Virus record (IMG/VR): IMGVR_UViG_3300035208_003131
Location: 1 to 64,000 of that record
Source: a virus
Lineage: Duplodnaviria > Caudoviricetes
Length of the DNA stretch: 64,000 nucleotides
Strand: one strand, 5' to 3'
The notes below the pieces were generated by a model that saw nothing but the letters and a program-made list of their open reading frames with translations, made no database searches and had not been told where the DNA came from. Position numbers and translations under genes: made by a program. The number at the start of each line of letters is the position of its first letter. The first letter of the stretch is position 1. This document shows positions 58,552-64,000 of the stretch, piece by piece.

Positions 58552-58880
58552 ATTATTTTTGAAAAATATGTAAGAATATTTTGAAGAAGAACATTTTCAG
58601 TATTTTTTTCCTGGTCAAGTAAATCGACATAACGTTTCATTGCGTTAACTACTTGAGTTGGAAATTTTTCATATTCAACTACATAATCTGGATCATTTGT
58701 TATAAATGAACCATCCTTTGGATTAATAGTGATCTCATATTTTTCAGCTTCCTCAGGTGTAATTTCGATTTGCTGGTGAAATTGATCAATAGTAAAACGA
58801 AGTGATACCGTACATGGTAATTTACGACTGTACATACTAATATAATATCTATCTTCTAGTGTAAGCTTAGTGCTCATCAT
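58548..58880 (-). CDS. Hypothetical protein
   Basis: 110 aa; overlaps both neighbours. Confidence 0.7.
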   Translation of the reverse strand: MMSTKLTLEDRYYISMYSRKLPCTVSLRFTIDQFHQQIEITPEEAEKYEITINPKDGSFITNDPDYVVEYEKFPTQVVNAMKRYVDLLDQEKNTENVLLQNILTYFSKII

Positions 58881-59064
58881 TTACCTTCTTGCGTGTTTTA
58901 AATTTAAAATCTTTATAAAGTTCATCGAGTAGTGTTATATACATAAGACTAATAATTATAATCGTAGCAACTACCAAAAATATCGGTAACATAATTGCAA
59001 CAATCATTGAAAGTATAAATTCTTTTATAATTAATATACTACGCATATTCAACCTCATCAACAA
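58867..59064 (-). CDS. Small single-TM membrane protein
   Basis: Long hydrophobic stretch followed by a basic tail; start uncertain. Confidence 0.55.
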   Translation of the reverse strand: MLMRLNMRSILIIKEFILSMIVAIMLPIFLVVATIIIISLMYITLLDELYKDFKFKTRKKVNDEH

Positions 59065-59081
59065 GATACTTTTTTTTTAAA

Positions 59082-60092
59082 TCAATTACCACAATTCCAT
59101 TCAAGTTCTCTAAGTTTTTCATATAATTCAATCTCGGCATCGCTTGCATCAGTTGGAACTAACACGGTAAACGTAATAAATAATGAACCATCTTTAATAC
59201 CATGCTTTTTTAATTTGAGTTTAGCCGTTGATTTAGTTCCTTTTGGTATTACCGCTTTAATAATTTTACCAAAAACATTAATTTTAATATCAGCACCAAG
59301 AACTAAATCCGAAGGTGATACATCAAACGACATATAAATATCATTACCTTTACGAATAAATTTTGAATCTTCGATAACCTCAATGTAAGCTAGAATATCG
59401 CCATTTGCACCACCATTACGACCAGCATTACCAGAACCAATAACTTTAATTAAATTACCATCTTCAACACCTGATGGTATTTTTACAGTAATATGTTTAG
59501 TTTCAGATAAAATTGTTTCACCTTTACATAAAGTACATGGTGTCTCGATTACTAATCCAGTTCCACCACAATTATTACAAATATCAACTTGAATTGAATT
59601 ATCATCTTCTATTGATGTAGCTTTATGTACCTTCCGAACAACACCTTTACCTTTACATATTGTACACTGTTTTTGTTTACTAGCTCCAGTACCATCACAT
59701 AATGAACACCGTTTTTTACGATTAACTTCTATTACTTTATCAATACCAGTAATAGAAGATTCAAATGTAATAGTAAAATTTACTCTAATATCTTGGCCTT
59801 TAATCGGAACTTTACGATTTGTTTTTTTATGAAAACTAGCCGCAGTATTACATGTACCAAATGCCTCACCCCAGCGTTTAAAATCATTACTAAATGACAT
59901 TTTATTATCATAGACTTTTTTCTTACCAGCATCACTAAGTATAGAATATGCTTCATTCACTTCTTTGAATATAGATTCAGAATTTGGATTTTTATCAGGA
60001 TGATATTTAACCGCTAATTTTTTATATGCACTTTTTATTTCAGATGTAGATGCGGACCGACTAACACCGAGTGTACTATAATGATCTTTCAT
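59082..60092 (-). CDS. dnaJ: DnaJ co-chaperone
   Basis: J-domain with HPD; CSLCDGTG, CTICKGKG, CNNCGGTG, CTLCKG; GDILAYI C-terminal domain. Confidence 0.95.
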   Translation of the reverse strand: MKDHYSTLGVSRSASTSEIKSAYKKLAVKYHPDKNPNSESIFKEVNEAYSILSDAGKKKVYDNKMSFSNDFKRWGEAFGTCNTAASFHKKTNRKVPIKGQDIRVNFTITFESSITGIDKVIEVNRKKRCSLCDGTGASKQKQCTICKGKGVVRKVHKATSIEDDNSIQVDICNNCGGTGLVIETPCTLCKGETILSETKHITVKIPSGVEDGNLIKVIGSGNAGRNGGANGDILAYIEVIEDSKFIRKGNDIYMSFDVSPSDLVLGADIKINVFGKIIKAVIPKGTKSTAKLKLKKHGIKDGSLFITFTVLVPTDASDAEIELYEKLRELEWNCGN

Positions 60093-60107
60093 ACATGTGA
60101 ATATAAA

Positions 60108-60602
60108 TTATAAACCATCAAATTGTTCTCGATTTATTCCAATAAATTTATCGAGACGATCCCTAATATCAGTATGAAATAAATTAAACACAGGTATATT
60201 AAAATTTTGTGCAATTCGAATACCAAGACCTGTACCACCAGAATCACTGCCATCATGAGTATAACATATTACAAATTTAACAGGACTATTTAAATCACTA
60301 CCAAGGATAATCATTGAATTCCGACCATGTAATTTACGAGCTATAGGACTACATGCATCCCAAGTTGGATGAAAACGTGAAGCTAATTCAATTGCCTCAG
60401 TAGTTGCATGTTTAGGTCTAAAAATTTCTTTATTGTTATTATATATAACTCCGTTTTCAAACGCTGTATCCGCACCTTGAGCACCACCACTACGTAAAAT
60501 ATAATCAATGGATTCGAGTTTAGACGCAACAGATGACATCATATCAAATATGAACGACGGTGTTCGCCCTCTAGAACCTATACCAGCATAATATTTAGAC
60601 AT
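60108..60602 (-). CDS. SLOG-superfamily (DprA/YpsA-like) protein
   Basis: YAGIGSR, LRSGGAQGAD, RNSMII, GGTG..IRIA. Confidence 0.75.
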   Translation of the reverse strand: MSKYYAGIGSRGRTPSFIFDMMSSVASKLESIDYILRSGGAQGADTAFENGVIYNNNKEIFRPKHATTEAIELASRFHPTWDACSPIARKLHGRNSMIILGSDLNSPVKFVICYTHDGSDSGGTGLGIRIAQNFNIPVFNLFHTDIRDRLDKFIGINREQFDGL

Positions 60603-60611
60603 AATTTATAT

Positions 60612-61490
60612 TTATTGTAATTTACGAAAACGCTTACCAACACTACCACCTTCTTGTTCAGTGTAAGTACGCCCAAAAATTGCACCAGTCTTAACAAACC
60701 CACGAAATCCATCAGCCTCGGCTTTATCAGACCATAGATCCCAGTTATCAATTACATTGTCATGGTAATGATATAACCACATTTTAGCTTTAATTTCGTC
60801 AGGAAGTTCACGTAAACGTTCATAACTTGCATGAACGTTAGAAGGAAATAAACTAGTTTCACAATCATGAAAAATTACATCACATTCTTTTAAATAAGCA
60901 GTCATTGCATTCACAGGACAAAATTGAGTATCAGTTGTAATATAAATGCGTTCGTTGGTATCAGGATCAGTCCACATCAATCCGTATGAATTCTCAATTT
61001 TATATCGAGCTGATACATGCACAGTCTGTACCATATCAAATTTAATACCTTCCCAAATGAAATGTCCATTTTCCTGCACTGGATTTACATCAAAATATGT
61101 ATGTAATTGAGCATCTTCAGTTTCAAGTCCACGAAGCCCACCCTGAAGACTATCACTCCATAGATCACGAGCAAGTCCAGAAGCAAACGATTGATTATCA
61201 TCTTGTATAATATATTGACCTTGAATGAACATTTTAGGTCTTGGAATGGTTGGATTAAAAAAAGTACAAAATGCAAGAGCTTCAAGTCCACCAACATGAT
61301 CAGCATGAATATGACTAATATAAACAGCATCAATATCAACTTCACTTAATCCCATCTCTTCATTTAAAGCCAATGGTGCAAAACTACCACAATCAATCAT
61401 TAACCATTTTTTGTTTTGTCTAATTAAAAAATTAGATTGCCAATTCTTTTTTGTAAAAGCATTTCCACTCCCAAGCGTATACAATTCCAT
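60612..61490 (-). CDS. MBL-fold phosphodiesterase, Apyc1-like (anti-Pycsar)
   Basis: GSGNAFTKK, IDCG, HIHADHVGGLE, LWSDSLQGGL, TVHV, TTDT, FHDC, VHAS, HYHDN in the order recalled for Apyc1. Confidence 0.85.
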   Translation of the reverse strand: MELYTLGSGNAFTKKNWQSNFLIRQNKKWLMIDCGSFAPLALNEEMGLSEVDIDAVYISHIHADHVGGLEALAFCTFFNPTIPRPKMFIQGQYIIQDDNQSFASGLARDLWSDSLQGGLRGLETEDAQLHTYFDVNPVQENGHFIWEGIKFDMVQTVHVSARYKIENSYGLMWTDPDTNERIYITTDTQFCPVNAMTAYLKECDVIFHDCETSLFPSNVHASYERLRELPDEIKAKMWLYHYHDNVIDNWDLWSDKAEADGFRGFVKTGAIFGRTYTEQEGGSVGKRFRKLQ

Positions 61491-61585
61491 AATACATACC
61501 TTTATTTATTATTTATAATACATATAATATAGAATTAAATTAGTACATGTAAACAAATTAAATCTATATAATATTAAAAATGTGA

Positions 61586-62629
61586 TTAACTATACATAGA
61601 CCTAAAAAATTCTACAATTAATACCTCTTCATCAGTCATATTCTCAATACGATCATCTATAAGATCAATGATTTGTTCAAGAAACCCCAATCCATCAGTA
61701 TTAACCACAGCCTGTAAAATCTCCTTTAATCCAATTTCACCATCAGTTGACGTAATCGCATAAACAGTTGTATCAATTGCTATACTTCCGGTACCTATTT
61801 TTAAATTTACATTAAAATTAAGCCTACCAGCAGCATCATACTCACGTACAATGGACTCCAATGGATTAGATTTACCCGCAATTACATCAGCCACATACAT
61901 CTGTAACTCATTATCACTCATTCTACGAATAGCTGCAACTCTTTTTTTGTTCCACGTGAAACATTCCGACTTAGTATATTCAACATTGTTGGTTTTTGGA
62001 TGATATAAATGTAATAATTCTACATCACCTGTACACCGTTTAATTGGTGAGACCAAACGGTTACATTTATCAACGAATGCATCATCTTCACCACCCCAAC
62101 CTTCAAATTCTTCATCGAATCCGCCTACAACATCAAATGTGGTTTTATTAAACACATTTATAAGCCCAGTGTACCGATTAATGAACAAATCTTGCTTATG
62201 AGCAGATTGTATTAATGGATTACCTTTAATATATCGTCTAGTGTGAGCCTCATTGAGGAAATTTACACGTGAGAATGGAAAATATACACTATGTTTGATT
62301 AATTCTGTGATAAAAACTGAATTTTCAATCTTAGGTATAATACAATCAGCATCAGACATCATGATTATATCATAAGTTGCATAATTTCTGATGGTTTGAT
62401 TAATAACATAAGACTTATTGAACCTATCTGACCCAACTTTAATTTGAACATGTTTTAATAATGGATGAATTGGGATCAAAACACTTTTAATATATGTACT
62501 ATCAGACAATTGTTCAGCTATAATTATCTCAAAATCTGGATAATTAAACATAAAATTATCTACAACCGCAGCCAAATTACGTCTACGATAAGAATCTTTA
62601 TCAAAAAATGGAATAATTACAGTTATCAT
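61586..62629 (-). CDS. Glycosyltransferase, GT2/GT7C (galactosyltransferase-like)
   Basis: VIIPF, FNKSYVIN, SDAD (DxD), GGFDEEFEGWGGEDD, HLYH. Confidence 0.9.
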   Translation of the reverse strand: MITVIIPFFDKDSYRRRNLAAVVDNFMFNYPDFEIIIAEQLSDSTYIKSVLIPIHPLLKHVQIKVGSDRFNKSYVINQTIRNYATYDIIMMSDADCIIPKIENSVFITELIKHSVYFPFSRVNFLNEAHTRRYIKGNPLIQSAHKQDLFINRYTGLINVFNKTTFDVVGGFDEEFEGWGGEDDAFVDKCNRLVSPIKRCTGDVELLHLYHPKTNNVEYTKSECFTWNKKRVAAIRRMSDNELQMYVADVIAGKSNPLESIVREYDAAGRLNFNVNLKIGTGSIAIDTTVYAITSTDGEIGLKEILQAVVNTDGLGFLEQIIDLIDDRIENMTDEEVLIVEFFRSMYS

Positions 62630-62663
62630 TTTACAAATATAATTAAATTTCTATATTAATGGT

Positions 62664-63107
62664 ATGATAGAACATTTTTCATCCGATTTAACTCGTTGGT
62701 TAAGTAATTTTTACCCATGTGATATCACATTTGAAGGTAAAACTTATACATCCATCGAACATGCTTACATGTCTGCAAAATCACTCGATCCAAATTGGAA
62801 ACAATTCTGTATTGAAACTGAAGATCCAAGAGCGGTAAAAAAACGTTCTCGTGAAATCAAACTAATACCTGAATGGGAAAACATAAAAGTAGATGTTATG
62901 AGAGAGTGTGTAACTCAGAAATTCTCAAAAGAACCATTCCGTAGTAAATTATTAGATACAAAAAATGAATACATTCAAGAAGGTAACTGGTGGAACGACC
63001 GATTCTGGGGAGTTGATTTAAAATCAAATCCACCAGTCGGTAAAAATATGTTAGGTATTCTAATTATGGAAGTTAGATCTAATTTAATTACGGATGAAAT
63101 ATTATAA
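62664..63107 (+). CDS. NADAR-family ADP-ribosylhydrolase
   Basis: WLSNFY, EHAYMSAK, WENIKVDVM, LLDT, EGNWWNDRFWG, GKNMLG. Confidence 0.93.
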   Translation: MIEHFSSDLTRWLSNFYPCDITFEGKTYTSIEHAYMSAKSLDPNWKQFCIETEDPRAVKKRSREIKLIPEWENIKVDVMRECVTQKFSKEPFRSKLLDTKNEYIQEGNWWNDRFWGVDLKSNPPVGKNMLGILIMEVRSNLITDEIL

Positions 63108-63323
63108 AAATCCGTCAAGTTTTTTAATCATCATATCACAATTATGAACCATACTATCATTTTCAGATTTGGAGAATTGTGATCGAAACGTTTCCATCAT
63201 ATATTTCATATGCTTCATTGAACTTTTCGCTTCACGTCGCTCTTTTTGTAACCGAGTTACTAAAGGTTCAACATCTCGTCGCTTTGCATACTTTCCAGAT
63301 TTGTTAATTTTTTCTTTAATCAT
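63102..63323 (-). CDS. Hypothetical small basic protein
   Basis: Start moved to MIKEK (GGAG SD upstream); the ORF track extends it to 63377. Confidence 0.55.
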   Translation of the reverse strand: MIKEKINKSGKYAKRRDVEPLVTRLQKERREAKSSMKHMKYMMETFRSQFSKSENDSMVHNCDMMIKKLDGFL

Positions 63324-63478
63324 AGAATCATCTCCACCACGGCGAAGAATATTTATGTTATACCAATTAATTGACATGATAATACTTCCGGTGTTAGGGC
63401 CTTCCGACCACGTTACTTAAATTGTTTATATTACAATGTTAATTCACCACATCTTCTATTATTAATGTACACTAAAAA

Positions 63479-63733
63479 TTATAAATCTAATGAATTTATA
63501 GTATATCCTTTCGATTTATAAACATCTAAATCACCATTAACCGATTCTTCAGATGCCCAATAGTAACCATAGCAGTTTTCCATTATAGTTCCACTATCAA
63601 GTTTAAATACAGGTACTTCAATTTCGATACCTAAATCATCATTTTCTACTAATTTATTTTCTTGGAATTCACCGAAGCCAATAAGTGTAACCACTTTATC
63701 TTCGACTGATTTAATTACGCCTATACGTTTCAT
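63479..63733 (-). CDS. Hypothetical protein
   Basis: 84 aa with GAGGA SD. Confidence 0.7.
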   Translation of the reverse strand: MKRIGVIKSVEDKVVTLIGFGEFQENKLVENDDLGIEIEVPVFKLDSGTIMENCYGYYWASEESVNGDLDVYKSKGYTINSLDL

Positions 63734-63788
63734 ACATAAGTCCTCTTTATGTATAAAAATATATACTACGGGAAGCTAGAATTTTAAA

Positions 63789-63998
63789 TTAATATGCAAC
63801 ACCAGTAATTACACCGTTTTCATCAAGGATTTGGTCAAATAAAAATGCAATATCATCAACTTGGTCTTCAGCTACAATCACAGAATCATGTACGGTACAA
63901 TACGGGACGTTAAATTCAGTATCAATTCGTGGACATACTTTATTAAAAATCAACTCAGCTTCATTACGTTGTAGTGTATGAGATAATGCTTTATAATC
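63789..63998 (-). CDS. C-terminal fragment of a PolA/single-subunit-RNAP superfamily-like protein (truncated by window edge)
   Basis: Translated by hand: DYKALSHTLQRNEAELIFNKVCPRIDTEFNVPYCTVHDSVIVAEDQVDDIAFLFDQILDENGVITGVAY*. LQ..E and VHD resemble the palm motifs. Confidence 0.55.
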   Translation of the reverse strand, partial: DYKALSHTLQRNEAELIFNKVCPRIDTEFNVPYCTVHDSVIVAEDQVDDIAFLFDQILDENGVITGVAY

Positions 63999-64000
63999 CC

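Noticed and set aside
279-63420. Many short overlapping or antisense ORFs in the track (e.g. 5140, 5728, 18314, 36636, 36988, 39382, 40238)
   Set aside because: They lie within longer, motif-bearing genes, lack SD or promoter support, and mirror low-complexity sense strands.
1-64000. Stop-codon reassignment, as seen in some jumbo phages
   Set aside because: Core genes are full length in the standard code, coding density is high, and TAA, TAG and TGA all appear as real terminators.
1-64000. tRNA or rRNA genes
   Set aside because: Intergenic gaps are short, and no cloverleaf or T-loop consensus was seen; GTTCGA-like hits I noticed fall inside CDSs. A tRNAscan run would be definitive.
1-64000. 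Eukaryotic giant virus (NCLDV) origin, suggested by GTs, DnaJ, ankyrin, thioredoxin and PolB
   Set aside because: Contractile-tail genes, T4-type replisome, SD sequences, overlapping operons and intrinsic terminators indicate a bacteriophage.

Overview
AT-rich segment of a large T4-superfamily-like tailed bacteriophage, probably a jumbo myovirus that is divergent from T4 itself. It holds a near-complete replication/recombination set: PolB gp43, clamp loader gp44/gp62, gp45 clamp, primase gp61, helicase gp41, gp32, UvsX, UvsY, gp47 and dUTPase. It also holds a contractile tail/baseplate module: sheath gp18, tube gp19, gp26/gp51-like chaperones, tape measure, gp48-, gp53-, gp27-, gp5-, gp25-, gp4- and gp3-like genes, plus a terminase small subunit and an endolysin-type amidase. 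Accessory highlights: (i) candidate anti-defence enzymes spread over the window (Apyc1-like MBL nuclease, Acb1/gp57B-like 2H phosphoesterase, NADAR, SLOG-fold protein); (ii) about seven glycan-related genes mixed in with virion genes, several of which look catalytically degenerate; (iii) a second, bacterial DnaN-like three-domain clamp in addition to gp45; (iv) a probable programmed +1 (or -2) frameshift joining the tail chaperone genes; (v) a recurrent late-promoter-like motif TATAAACTA (13 exact sites found by eye); (vi) gp25 fused to about 1350 aa of adhesin-like domains; (vii) small ORFs missed by the ORF track. I saw no tRNA, rRNA, CRISPR array, intron or intein. All homology calls come from motif recognition by eye or recalled family sequences, not from database searches.
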